Shown here in pieces: positions 29,754 through 38,874 of a DNA stretch of 64,000 nucleotides. Under the pieces are notes generated by a model. That model did no database searches, was not told the origin of the DNA, and saw only the letters and a list, made by a program, of their open reading frames with translations. How positions within the stretch are numbered: the first letter of the stretch is position 1; every line of letters begins with the position of its first letter. The DNA is from an uncultured Pseudomonadales bacterium (GTDB lineage Bacteria > Patescibacteriota > Microgenomatia > UBA1400 > PJMF01). The stretch is from the NCBI GenBank assembly GCA_964555515.1, contig CAZKSJ010000002.1:537-64536 (forward strand), in the 5' to 3' direction. Position numbers and translations under genes: made by a program.

Positions 29754-30443
29754 TCAGTTAGAAAAAGATTGATTAATTGGTGCAGTAGATTGATTGTCAA
29801 GAATTTTTCGTTGCTCATGCCGCCATTTTTCTATGGCTGCGTGATCACCACTCAATAACACACTTGGCACCTGCCATGATTGAAATCTTTCTGGCCTGGT
29901 ATATTGTGGATAACCACCTAGTCCTGGCTCGGAATGGGTTTCCAAGACAGGGCTAGCCTCATTACCTAAGGCACCTGGTAATAATCGAGCGACAGCGTCA
30001 ATGATGACCGCCGCCGCTGGCTCGCCACCAGTCAAGACGTAGTCACCAATTCTCACTTCCTCATCGACGAGATGATCCCCAACCCGCTGATCAACCCCCT
30101 CATAATGACCGCAGACAATCGTTAAACTGGTGAGTTTAGAATACTCATTGGCTAATTTCTGATCAAATATCCTACCTCGGGCTGAAGTGAGAATGGTACG
30201 ACCTGGCTCACCCTCTTTGTTGAGCGCAGCCAGCGCTCCAGCAATTGGTTCCACTTTCATGACCATGCCTGGTCCCCCACCAAATGGTCGGTCATCCGTA
30301 ACGTGGTGTTTGTCTAGCGCGAAGTCGCGAATGTTAATCAATTGCACGTCAATCAGCCGCTTTGTCTTCGCCCGACCAAGGATTGAGCTGTTTAACAATC
30401 CTGAAAAGTACTCTGGAAAGAGAGTTAGGATGTGAATTTTCAT
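29754..30443 (-). CDS. trmD: tRNA (guanine37-N1)-methyltransferase.
   Basis: [13 protein letters not shown]...[11 protein letters not shown]. Start set at Met11, matching the canonical TrmD N-terminus. Confidence 0.85.
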   Translation of the reverse strand: MKIHILTLFPEYFSGLLNSSILGRAKTKRLIDVQLINIRDFALDKHHVTDDRPFGGGPGMVMKVEPIAGALAALNKEGEPGRTILTSARGRIFDQKLANEYSKLTSLTIVCGHYEGVDQRVGDHLVDEEVRIGDYVLTGGEPAAAVIIDAVARLLPGALGNEASPVLETHSEPGLGGYPQYTRPERFQSWQVPSVLLSGDHAAIEKWRHEQRKILDNQSTAPINQSFSN

Positions 30444-30579
30444 AGATGAGTGCTGATATTCTAGCATTACCATAAACTGTGGGGGCTAACTGCGGTTTGC
30501 CACCAGGCCACGGCCGAACTCGACAATTATCCTGTACATTTTTTAATAATTGCGTACCCAAACTTTCCAGCGAATTTCT

Positions 30580-30599
30580 TGATTAGATATCTAATCAAA
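30580..30599. promoter_or_regulatory. Perfect 20-bp palindrome TTGATTAGATATCTAATCAA, a candidate operator.
   Basis: Exact inverted repeat read directly from the sequence. It lies in the divergent intergenic region between trmD and the gene at 30690. Confidence 0.4.
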
Positions 30600-30653
30600 T
30601 CCACGCGCTGAAGTCTTTTCAATTGCCTCTTGCTTTTAATCTCACGCAGTGTG

Positions 30654-30683
30654 GTGACAGCGGGGCGGTATGTACGCTACAAT
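30654..30683 (+). promoter_or_regulatory. Sigma70-like promoter (-35 GTGACA, 17-nt spacer, -10 TACAAT).
   Basis: The -10 box ends 6 nt before the ATG at 30690, which implies a leaderless transcript. Confidence 0.35.
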
Positions 30684-30689
30684 GAATTC

Positions 30690-31775
30690 ATGCCACAAAC
30701 TGACAACGTCGGTTTTAATTTAACCAAAGCCACCCGGATTGGCAGATTATTTGTCAAGTTCGGCATCATTGTCTTTGGCCTAATGATGGTGGGGCGTATC
30801 AGCTTGCAGGCTTTCACCGCATATTGGATCGCCACCCATCCACCGCCACCACCCCCACCAGCGATGGCATTCGGACTGCTACCAAGCATTGACTTTCCAG
30901 ATGAAGACGAGCTAACTTTGCCCAAGAGCTATCAGTTGGAAACCGAAACTGGCTCCTTACCTGAGTTTGGTGATCGCGCGTACGTTTACTTTATGCCTCA
31001 AAAGGCGGCGAGTCTGCTTGATGCTGACAATGCCATTCAAATTGCACAAAAATACGGCTTTACCAATAATCCCGAATCAATTGACCCACGCACCTATCGG
31101 TGGCGAAAACAATCACCCCTGCAGTCAGTGTTAGAGCTAAACATCGTCACCAACAACTTTGTCTACAAAACAGACTACTTATCAAGACCCGAGCTAATTC
31201 TAGACGTCGAAATTCCTGTCGAATTTGAAGCCGTCAGCCAGGTGAAAGCATTCTTAAACACCACCCAATTGCTGCCAGCCGATGTAGCAACAGCTTCCGG
31301 AAAAGTGAAGTTTCTGAAAGCAATTGCTGGCGACTTAACACCCGCTGTTTCTCCCTCAGATGCTGATTTTGTTCAAGTCGATATCAACCGCGCAGCTTTA
31401 AAAGATCAGTTTGAAGTATTCACGGCTGATGCCGAAACCGGCAGTGTTCATGCCATTCTCTCCGGACAAGGCGGCAACTCTAGCATCGTGCACTTTGAGT
31501 TTCAATACTTTCCAGTAGATTATCTGACTAGCTCAACCTATCCTTTACGGTCGGTGACAGAAGCTTGGCGTCTTCTCCAAGCCGGCGAAGGCTACGTGGC
31601 TAGGCCAGCTAGCAGAAATACTGATCTGGCAATCATCCGAAAAGTAGCGTTAGGGTATTATGAAAGTTTTGTTTATCAAGACTACTTACAACCCATTTAT
31701 GTGTTCTTTGGCGATGATGATTTTGTCGCATATGTACCCGCACTAACTGCTAACTCGACTGAGAGTGTACAATAA
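30690..31775 (+). CDS. Hypothetical membrane-anchored protein with a heptaproline tract.
   Basis: N-terminal TM helix followed by HPPPPPPPAMAFG and a roughly 300-aa extracytoplasmic domain with no known motif. Start placed at MPQTDNV, just downstream of the promoter. Confidence 0.45.
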   Translation: MPQTDNVGFNLTKATRIGRLFVKFGIIVFGLMMVGRISLQAFTAYWIATHPPPPPPPAMAFGLLPSIDFPDEDELTLPKSYQLETETGSLPEFGDRAYVYFMPQKAASLLDADNAIQIAQKYGFTNNPESIDPRTYRWRKQSPLQSVLELNIVTNNFVYKTDYLSRPELILDVEIPVEFEAVSQVKAFLNTTQLLPADVATASGKVKFLKAIAGDLTPAVSPSDADFVQVDINRAALKDQFEVFTADAETGSVHAILSGQGGNSSIVHFEFQYFPVDYLTSSTYPLRSVTEAWRLLQAGEGYVARPASRNTDLAIIRKVALGYYESFVYQDYLQPIYVFFGDDDFVAYVPALTANSTESVQ

Positions 31776-31789
31776 CCACCAACTTTAAA

Positions 31790-33238
31790 TTGAGGATGAC
31801 TGATATGACGGTTAGAACGCGGATGGCTCCCAGCCCCACTGGTGAACTTCACGCCGGAGGCATGGCGACGGTATTGAAGAATTATGCCTATGCCAAAAAA
31901 AAAGGCGGTCAATTCATTTTACGCATTGAGGATACAGACCAACAACGTCTGATTCCAGGAGCTGTAGATGAAATTTTGAAAGTTATTCATGACTACGGCT
32001 TAGATTGGGATGAAGGTCCAGATAAAGTTGGCCCATTTGGTCCTTATATTCAATCCCAACGTCTTGACCTTTATCAACAGCATGCACAACAACTAGTCAA
32101 AGCAGGTCAGGCGTATTATTGCTTCTGTTCCCCAGAACGGCTAATTTCGCTCAGACAACAACAACAAGCCAATCATCAACCTCCTAGATACGATCAACAT
32201 TGCTTGCACTTATCACCAGATGAAATTCGGTCAAAGTTAGAGAGAGGCGAAAAATATGTAATTAGGCTGAAAGTGCCAAATAATCAAGAAGTCAGTTTTA
32301 CAGATCTGATTAGAGGCAACATCACTTTTAATTCATCTCAAGTTGATGATCAAGTATTACTAAAATCAGACGGTTATCCAACCTATCATTTGGCTGTAGT
32401 GGTTGATGATCACTTGATGCAGATTAGTATGGTGATGAGAGGCGAGGAATGGATTAGTTCAACCCCCAAGCATGTTTTGTTATACCAAGCTTTTGGGTGG
32501 GACATGCCAGTTTTTGCGCATGTGCCAGTTTTTCTTAATCCCGATGGCAAAGGCAAAATGAGTAAGCGCAAAGGAACTGTATCTGCTCGCTCATTTCTCG
32601 ATCGAGGCTATCTTCCTGAAGCGATGCTAAATTTCTTTATGATCCTTGGCTGGTCCCCACAAGATCAACGCGAAATTTTAAGTCTTGAGGAATATGTGCA
32701 AGAGTTTGACCCTGCCGATCTCAACCCCAACTCTGTGGTGTTTGACTTAAAAAAGCTGGATTGGCTGAATGGGGTGTATATAAGAAACTTATCTCCCCAA
32801 GAACTCAAAAAACGATTACAGCCATACATGCCAGCGGACTTTCCTGATGAAAGGTTTGATCAAATCCTTCCGCTTATCTCAGAAAGATTGGTCACACTCG
32901 CAGACTTTGAACAACTTACCCAGTATTTTTATCGTAACCCTCAACCTAGTAAGCAACTGCTTTTAAATAAGGCGGATGAAAGCCTTGTCATTGCTCAACT
33001 CCAAGAAGCCATTGCTCAGCTTGAGCAAGTGACAGCATGGAACGAACAAACAATTGAGCTCACTTTAAGAAAGGTTCAAGAGATTCATAATTGGCAGAAA
33101 AATCAATTCTTCATGATGCTTCGCCTGGCAGTAACTGGTGAAAAGTTTACCCCACCTTTATTTGCCACGATGGCTGTCTTTGAAAAAAGTGAGCTACTCC
33201 GCCGCCTACACCAAGCAAAGCAATTAGTGTTATCCTAA
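31790..33238 (+). CDS. gltX: Glutamyl-tRNA synthetase.
   Basis: Class I motifs PSPTGELHAGG (HIGH-like) and KMSKRKG (KMSKS). Confidence 0.85.
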   Translation: MRMTDMTVRTRMAPSPTGELHAGGMATVLKNYAYAKKKGGQFILRIEDTDQQRLIPGAVDEILKVIHDYGLDWDEGPDKVGPFGPYIQSQRLDLYQQHAQQLVKAGQAYYCFCSPERLISLRQQQQANHQPPRYDQHCLHLSPDEIRSKLERGEKYVIRLKVPNNQEVSFTDLIRGNITFNSSQVDDQVLLKSDGYPTYHLAVVVDDHLMQISMVMRGEEWISSTPKHVLLYQAFGWDMPVFAHVPVFLNPDGKGKMSKRKGTVSARSFLDRGYLPEAMLNFFMILGWSPQDQREILSLEEYVQEFDPADLNPNSVVFDLKKLDWLNGVYIRNLSPQELKKRLQPYMPADFPDERFDQILPLISERLVTLADFEQLTQYFYRNPQPSKQLLLNKADESLVIAQLQEAIAQLEQVTAWNEQTIELTLRKVQEIHNWQKNQFFMMLRLAVTGEKFTPPLFATMAVFEKSELLRRLHQAKQLVLS

Positions 33239-33321
33239 TTATTTAACTCAGCCTCATTTAGCCCAATGATGAAAATTAATGTAATTTCATCAATCCACTG
33301 CTAGTCGCTACAGGTTGATGT

Positions 33322-34194
33322 TTGTATACTAACTTTATGTCACAACAGCTGCCCAATGAAACTGGAGGGACGCTAAACCTAGAAAAATTGCGTCATCAAG
33401 TGTTGACAGCGGAATCACAACTGAAGTCCGAATATCCTCAGCAATCCGATTTAATTCTGGCGGCACTTAATGAGCGGCTGTTAACTCCACCCGCACCAGT
33501 CGGCGATGACTCAATGCGCGGTGGGTTGATCATTGACAAGATTGATCAGACTGATCAAAAACTTAATTCTAATGCCGTGTCCACTGAAGAAAAGCAAGCC
33601 ATTCTTGATAAACTTGCCGTCTTAGGACGGCAACCGCTTGCCACTTCTGCTGATGAGCTTTTATACCTCGAGCAACAACTTTCCGATTGGCTCAACCTTG
33701 ATATTGATTCATCGCACCATGACATTGCCCTACCCCACAATCAGGGCATGATTGCTGCTCTACCCCATCTCAAACAATCCCCAACCGACTCGCTGACAAA
33801 GAAACCCGTGCTCAAAGAAGCGGGTCTAACTTCCAAGAGAAGTTTTTTTGGGTGGCAGCACCTGATTAACCAAACTAAACCAGATCCTCATCATGAATTC
33901 TTCATCAGCCTGCCCATTTTCCACCTAGATGCTTGGAGCACGCAGTTTCAAACCTTGAGCAAATGGTTCTTGAACCAAGCAATGTTGGTCATTAATCCCA
34001 CTGACGGTATTTTTATGATTGCCAAAGTCCACGACATTTTCTTTGAACCAAGTAATAAGTATCAGTTTGGAGGATCACCCCAATTGATCAGAGCTGGAAA
34101 ATTTTGGTCGCCTCAAAACATGGGCAAAGTCATCGTCTTTTTCGTGACAGATGAGAATCAAGCGGTGAAACCAGGGAAACTTAAATTTGCTTGA
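33322..34194 (+). CDS. Hypothetical protein (290 aa).
   Basis: Long ORF with coding-like composition and no recognisable motif. Confidence 0.4.
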   Translation: MYTNFMSQQLPNETGGTLNLEKLRHQVLTAESQLKSEYPQQSDLILAALNERLLTPPAPVGDDSMRGGLIIDKIDQTDQKLNSNAVSTEEKQAILDKLAVLGRQPLATSADELLYLEQQLSDWLNLDIDSSHHDIALPHNQGMIAALPHLKQSPTDSLTKKPVLKEAGLTSKRSFFGWQHLINQTKPDPHHEFFISLPIFHLDAWSTQFQTLSKWFLNQAMLVINPTDGIFMIAKVHDIFFEPSNKYQFGGSPQLIRAGKFWSPQNMGKVIVFFVTDENQAVKPGKLKFA

Positions 34195-34221
34195 TAGCCA
34201 ACTAACAAGTGATATGATGTT

Positions 34222-34536
34222 ATGAACACACCAAAGGTCATTAATCTACCATATCTCAGCTATCTTCAGAAAAGTTTGTCGGGCAGTCAGTTGACCGAAA
34301 TTCTTGATCACTCATCTCATGAAGAAGCTTACTACTTGATTAGATATCTCTACCTTGTCACAATACAGCGGGCGCTAGCAAACAGCAAATTTGCAGAACA
34401 AACAGAATTGCTACAGGCATTGGTCAAGTCAGATCAAGACTTTTATAATTGGGTCGAGTCACATCCTAAAACTGCCGCTGCCATGATTGAGGCTGGCCAA
34501 CGCGCCATAATGACTCTTCGGGAAAATTCGCTATGA
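34222..34536 (+). CDS. Hypothetical protein (104 aa), translationally coupled to ybeY.
   Basis: Overlaps the ybeY start by 4 nt (ATGA). No motif recognised. Confidence 0.4.
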   Translation: MNTPKVINLPYLSYLQKSLSGSQLTEILDHSSHEEAYYLIRYLYLVTIQRALANSKFAEQTELLQALVKSDQDFYNWVESHPKTAAAMIEAGQRAIMTLRENSL

Positions 34537-34928
34537 TTCAAATTAACTTATTTGTCGGTTCAAGATATCCAATTAATCGCAAATTACTCAGAAATCATGT
34601 CAAAAATTTTCTGACAGAGCATGATGTTACACACGCCCAGCTTGATATCTCTGTTGTAGGTACCAGGAAAATCAAGGAGCTTAACGAGTCAAAACTTGCT
34701 CATGAAGGCACGACCGATGTGTTGTCTTTTCCTCAACACGAAAAACACCGACTTGATGATGTCCCCCTGCCCGATACGATACCGCCACATCTTGGTGATA
34801 TTGTTCTGAGTTTTCCAGAAGCAGTGCGATCTGCAAGAAGATACGGTAAATTGGTTGACGATCAAATTTGCTTCTATGTAGAACATGGCATTATGCACCT
34901 ATTGGGCTACCACCACGATGATGCCTAA
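34533..34928 (+). CDS. ybeY: Endoribonuclease YbeY (rRNA maturation factor).
   Basis: C-terminal HGIMHLLGYHHDD is the conserved H3xH5xH metal-binding motif. Confidence 0.75.
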   Translation: MIQINLFVGSRYPINRKLLRNHVKNFLTEHDVTHAQLDISVVGTRKIKELNESKLAHEGTTDVLSFPQHEKHRLDDVPLPDTIPPHLGDIVLSFPEAVRSARRYGKLVDDQICFYVEHGIMHLLGYHHDDA

Positions 34929-34971
34929 AGAGCCTCTTTGCAGAAGAACATAACTCAAGTATGTTAGGATT

Positions 34972-36600
34972 ATGAGTTGGAATAGAGACTACCGACCACA
35001 ACGAGTTGCAGACCTTCACCTCACCAAAGTTAGAGAGTACTTGTTGCAATTGATGAGGGCGACGAGTTTTCCGCAAGTCTTTTTATTCACTGGTCCTAAG
35101 GGTACTGGTAAAACTTCTACTTCCCGAATTTTGGGGGCGATACTCAATGACGATCAAAATCAAGCTGCCGTCACCAGGCTTTTTTTTGCGCATCAAAAAC
35201 CCGCCGCTCATCTTGTCGAGCCAGATCCACGTACCGATCGTGCAAAGCGCATCTTTGCGGGTGAGTCTTATTTGGTACAAGAACTAGACGCCGCCAGCAA
35301 CAGAAGGATCGATGATGTGCGTGCGCTTAAGGATCAGGTTCAGCTGGCACCGGTTGATGGCTTGATTAAAGTTTACATCCTAGATGAAGTACACATGCTC
35401 ACCACAGAGGCTTTCAACGCATTGTTGAAAATGTTAGAAGAACCACCTCCACACGTTGTGTTCATTCTTGCCACCACCGAAATTGAAAAAGTGCCTCCCA
35501 CAGTTCGATCGCGTTGTCAGGTGTTACACTTTGCCAAAGCCACTTACGATGAGCTTGTGAGCGCACTCAAGCCAATCCTTAAGCACCAAAAATTAAAGAT
35601 TGAATCAGAGGTGATTGAGGAAGTCGTTGCTCATGCCGATGGTAGCTTCCGTGATGCCGTCAAGAACTTGGAAATGATTAGTCATCTTGATCAGATCAAT
35701 TTAGAAGCGGTGAGACAACTGTTGGGCAACGATCTCCTTCAACAAATTGAGTCTCTCGTCACCCTGGTATTAGATAAGCAAGCCTCCCAGGTGGTAGGTT
35801 TTTTCGAGAATCTTCGCGATCAAGGCGTTGCTCCAGATTTATTTTATAAGAATTTGATCACTTATCTCCATCAGCGTTTGATTAACGCAGTCATGGGTGA
35901 GGATCAAAGTTTAACTGATAATAAAAGACTGTCACAGGTTGTGCTCAGGTTTTTTCTGGATGAGCTCACCCAACCCGGAATAGATACGCCTTCACCAATT
36001 CCCTTCCTTCGCCTCGAACTAAAACTTTTACAACTGATTGATCGCGCCACTAACAAGAAATCTACACCATCAAAATCTCAAAGCTCAGACGGTCAGGAAC
36101 CAGGCATGAAAAAAGCTTCTCCAGAACAAGCGCTTGTTAAAACTAATCCAGTCAAAAACCAAGTGAAAACGGCAGCCACTTCCTCCAACGATCTTGTTGG
36201 CGATCAAGCTGATCAAGTCTTGCCCGCAGCAGCAATTACTCCCCTCTCCAGCCAGAGCGCAGATGTGCTGACCGGTAACGGTGAAAAACTCTGCCAAGAG
36301 TGGTCTAGTTTTGTGAACAAAGTGGCGGAGGATAATTTTAGCTTGGCCACCCTACTCAAATCTGCCCGCCCAATCGCCGGTGACCATGGTGAAGTTACTT
36401 TAAGTGTGTATTATCGCTTTCATCAGGAGCAACTTGCCCAACCCAGATTTCAAGCAACTTTAAACGAGCTAATTGCCAATGCTTATGGTGGGCCGCTCAA
36501 AATTAGTTGCGTCCTAGACGAGCAACCTGCCCACGCCGAACTAACCGAGCCAACTCTTCCAGATCAACTCGAAAAACTAGCAGTCGAAGCCTTGATGTAG
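34972..36600 (+). CDS. dnaX: DNA polymerase III subunit gamma/tau.
   Basis: Walker A GPKGTGKTS. Clamp-loader box LDEVHMLTTEAFNALLKMLEEPPPHVVFILATTE and sensor SRC. The usual four-Cys zinc module after Walker A is absent. Confidence 0.85.
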   Translation: MSWNRDYRPQRVADLHLTKVREYLLQLMRATSFPQVFLFTGPKGTGKTSTSRILGAILNDDQNQAAVTRLFFAHQKPAAHLVEPDPRTDRAKRIFAGESYLVQELDAASNRRIDDVRALKDQVQLAPVDGLIKVYILDEVHMLTTEAFNALLKMLEEPPPHVVFILATTEIEKVPPTVRSRCQVLHFAKATYDELVSALKPILKHQKLKIESEVIEEVVAHADGSFRDAVKNLEMISHLDQINLEAVRQLLGNDLLQQIESLVTLVLDKQASQVVGFFENLRDQGVAPDLFYKNLITYLHQRLINAVMGEDQSLTDNKRLSQVVLRFFLDELTQPGIDTPSPIPFLRLELKLLQLIDRATNKKSTPSKSQSSDGQEPGMKKASPEQALVKTNPVKNQVKTAATSSNDLVGDQADQVLPAAAITPLSSQSADVLTGNGEKLCQEWSSFVNKVAEDNFSLATLLKSARPIAGDHGEVTLSVYYRFHQEQLAQPRFQATLNELIANAYGGPLKISCVLDEQPAHAELTEPTLPDQLEKLAVEALM

Positions 36601-36653
36601 TACAATGCAGCTGGAATTTGTAACCTATTATTTCAATATATTAAAGGAGACAC

Positions 36654-36938
36654 ATGGCAAATCCATTTAAAGCCCTCGGAGATATCAATAAGTTGCGCCA
36701 GCAAGCCAAACAAATGCAGGATGAGTTGGCTAAAGAAGAAATTAGAATTGAAAAGGGTGATATCTTGGTAGTCATCACTGGTGATCAAAAGATCAAACAA
36801 TTTTCTGTGCAGGGTATTTCCAGCCAGGAAGCAATTGACGCCCTTAACGAAGGAATTAAAAAATCCCAAGAGGCAGCCGCTAAAAAGTTACAGTCAATGA
36901 GCGGTGGTCTTGGGGGCATGTTGGGCGGTGGCAATTAA
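36654..36938 (+). CDS. ybaB: Nucleoid-associated protein YbaB/EbfC.
   Basis: 94 aa; N-terminal ANPFKALGDINKLRQQAKQMQDELAKEE with a C-terminal Gly-rich tail. Conserved position downstream of dnaX. Shine-Dalgarno AAAGGAG lies 7 nt upstream. Confidence 0.8.
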   Translation: MANPFKALGDINKLRQQAKQMQDELAKEEIRIEKGDILVVITGDQKIKQFSVQGISSQEAIDALNEGIKKSQEAAAKKLQSMSGGLGGMLGGGN

Positions 36939-36960
36939 GTTGGAACCAATATTTTAAAAA

Positions 36961-37581
36961 ATGACAATCGTGCTTGCAACCAAAAATGCCGGAAAAATCC
37001 GTGAGTTGTCAGAGCTGTTGTCACCACTATTTCCTGCAGAAATCAAGTCATTAGCTGATTTTCCCGATATAGATAAGCTGGACATTGAGGAAACGGGTGA
37101 TACATACCAACAAAACGCCACTTTAAAAGCCAAAGTTATTGCCGAGAAAACTCATTTACCCACCATCGCCGACGATAGTGGATTGGAAGTTGAAGCACTA
37201 GATCACTTTCCCGGAGTGAACTCTGCCAGGTGGAAAGCTGGCAATGATCAGGAGAGAAATACTGCTTTGCTCAAAAAGCTGGCCACCTCCCAATCAAGAC
37301 ATGCAAAATTTATTGCGGTGCTGTGTTTTTTTGATCCACAGTCTGGTTTTGAGTCCTGTGTTGAGGGTGTTATGCCTGGAAAAATTGCCCACGCCCAACA
37401 GGGCAGCAATGGCTTTGGTTATGATCCAATTTTTATACCAGATGGTTTCAATAAAACTTTCGCAGAGCTGAGTTCTACAGAGAAAAACAGTGTGTCTCAT
37501 CGCGGCAAAGCTGTGCTCCAATTGGCAAAGCTTCTCACTGAAAAGTATGGTAAACTCAACCTCTCGATAGAATCTATTTAA
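36961..37581 (+). CDS. rdgB: Non-canonical purine NTP pyrophosphatase (RdgB/Ham1).
   Basis: IVLATKNAGKIRE...FGYDPIF...SHRG is the Ham1 family signature. Confidence 0.8.
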   Translation: MTIVLATKNAGKIRELSELLSPLFPAEIKSLADFPDIDKLDIEETGDTYQQNATLKAKVIAEKTHLPTIADDSGLEVEALDHFPGVNSARWKAGNDQERNTALLKKLATSQSRHAKFIAVLCFFDPQSGFESCVEGVMPGKIAHAQQGSNGFGYDPIFIPDGFNKTFAELSSTEKNSVSHRGKAVLQLAKLLTEKYGKLNLSIESI

Positions 37582-37587
37582 TCTTCA

Positions 37588-38802
37588 ATGCAACCGAATA
37601 ATGTTTATCAGCCACCTCAGGTGATATTGCAGAAATATGCTGAATTATTGGTTAATTTTGCTCTTGGCAAGCAAGAGGGCATCGCCGCGGGTGAAGTGGT
37701 GCAGTGCTTGATACCAGACGTTGCGAAACCACTTGCTCTAGAAATTCAAAATGCAATCTTGAGAGCGGGCGCGCATGTCTTATTACGCATTTTGCCAACT
37801 GGCTTTGACAAAGATTACTACACACTTGCTTCTGAGGAGCAACTGACTTTTTTTCCTGAGGATCATCTTAAGTCTAGAGCAGATTTAATTGATCATTCTA
37901 TCGGCATTATTGCGGACATTGATCCCTATGAACTGAAAGACATTGAGCCACAAAAAATTATTGCCGCTAGAGATGCCAAAAAGAAGTATCGTGATTGGCT
38001 AATTCAAAAGGAAAATCAAGGTAAGTTTACCTGGACGATTGCTCTGTGGGGTGTGAAGGCAAAAGCAGAAATTGTAGGTCTCACTCTTGAGGAGTACTGG
38101 CAACAGATTATCAATGCATGTTTCCTAGACAAGAATGATCCCATTGGCGAGTGGCGTCAAATCAAAACCAAGCAAGCAACAATCAAGGAAAAACTCAACC
38201 AACTGCGGATTGAGTGGATACATATCAAAGGTGATGATGTTGATCTGCAGATTAAGTTGGGTGCAAACCGAATTTGGAGAGGAGGCGCAGATCGTAACAT
38301 TCCTAGTTTTGAGTTATTCACTTCGCCAGATTGGCGAGGAACTTCCGGCTGGATTAAGTTCAACCAGCCTGTCTATCGTTATGGCAAGGTATTAGAAGGA
38401 GTTGAGTTGAAATTTAATGATGGTGTGGTTAGCCATGCAAAAGCTGCTCGGGGCGACGACTTTCTGCACGAAATGCTAAAAAGCGCAAATGCCAACAAGT
38501 TGGGTGAGTTTTCTCTCACTGACGGAAAAATGTCGCGGATCACTCATCCCATGGCAGAAACACTCTACGATGAAAATATTGGTGGTAAATTTGGCAATAC
38601 GCATGTGGCCATTGGCAGTGCTTATCGAGATTGTTTCAGAGGTGATGTCAAAGCAGTGACTGAAGTTGAGTGGGATGAGATGGGTTACAATAACTCGCCT
38701 GAGCATACCGATATAGTCAGTACCACCGACCGAACCGTTACCGCCACGCTAACTGATGGTACAAAAAAAGTTATTTATCAAAACGGTTCATTTGTGTTGT
38801 GA
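37588..38802 (+). CDS. Aminopeptidase of family M29 (AmpS/PepS-like).
   Basis: Blocks align with Bacillus AmpS: LQKYAELLVNFALGKQEG, ANKLGEFSLTD, DENIGGKFGNTHVAIGSAY, HTDIVS and C-terminal YQNGSFVL. Confidence 0.7.
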   Translation: MQPNNVYQPPQVILQKYAELLVNFALGKQEGIAAGEVVQCLIPDVAKPLALEIQNAILRAGAHVLLRILPTGFDKDYYTLASEEQLTFFPEDHLKSRADLIDHSIGIIADIDPYELKDIEPQKIIAARDAKKKYRDWLIQKENQGKFTWTIALWGVKAKAEIVGLTLEEYWQQIINACFLDKNDPIGEWRQIKTKQATIKEKLNQLRIEWIHIKGDDVDLQIKLGANRIWRGGADRNIPSFELFTSPDWRGTSGWIKFNQPVYRYGKVLEGVELKFNDGVVSHAKAARGDDFLHEMLKSANANKLGEFSLTDGKMSRITHPMAETLYDENIGGKFGNTHVAIGSAYRDCFRGDVKAVTEVEWDEMGYNNSPEHTDIVSTTDRTVTATLTDGTKKVIYQNGSFVL

Positions 38803-38874
38803 TTTTCCAATTTCGTTACATCTACACCACGTTTGTGAAGTATTTGGATAGTAGGAATTATTGTGGAGTTACTC

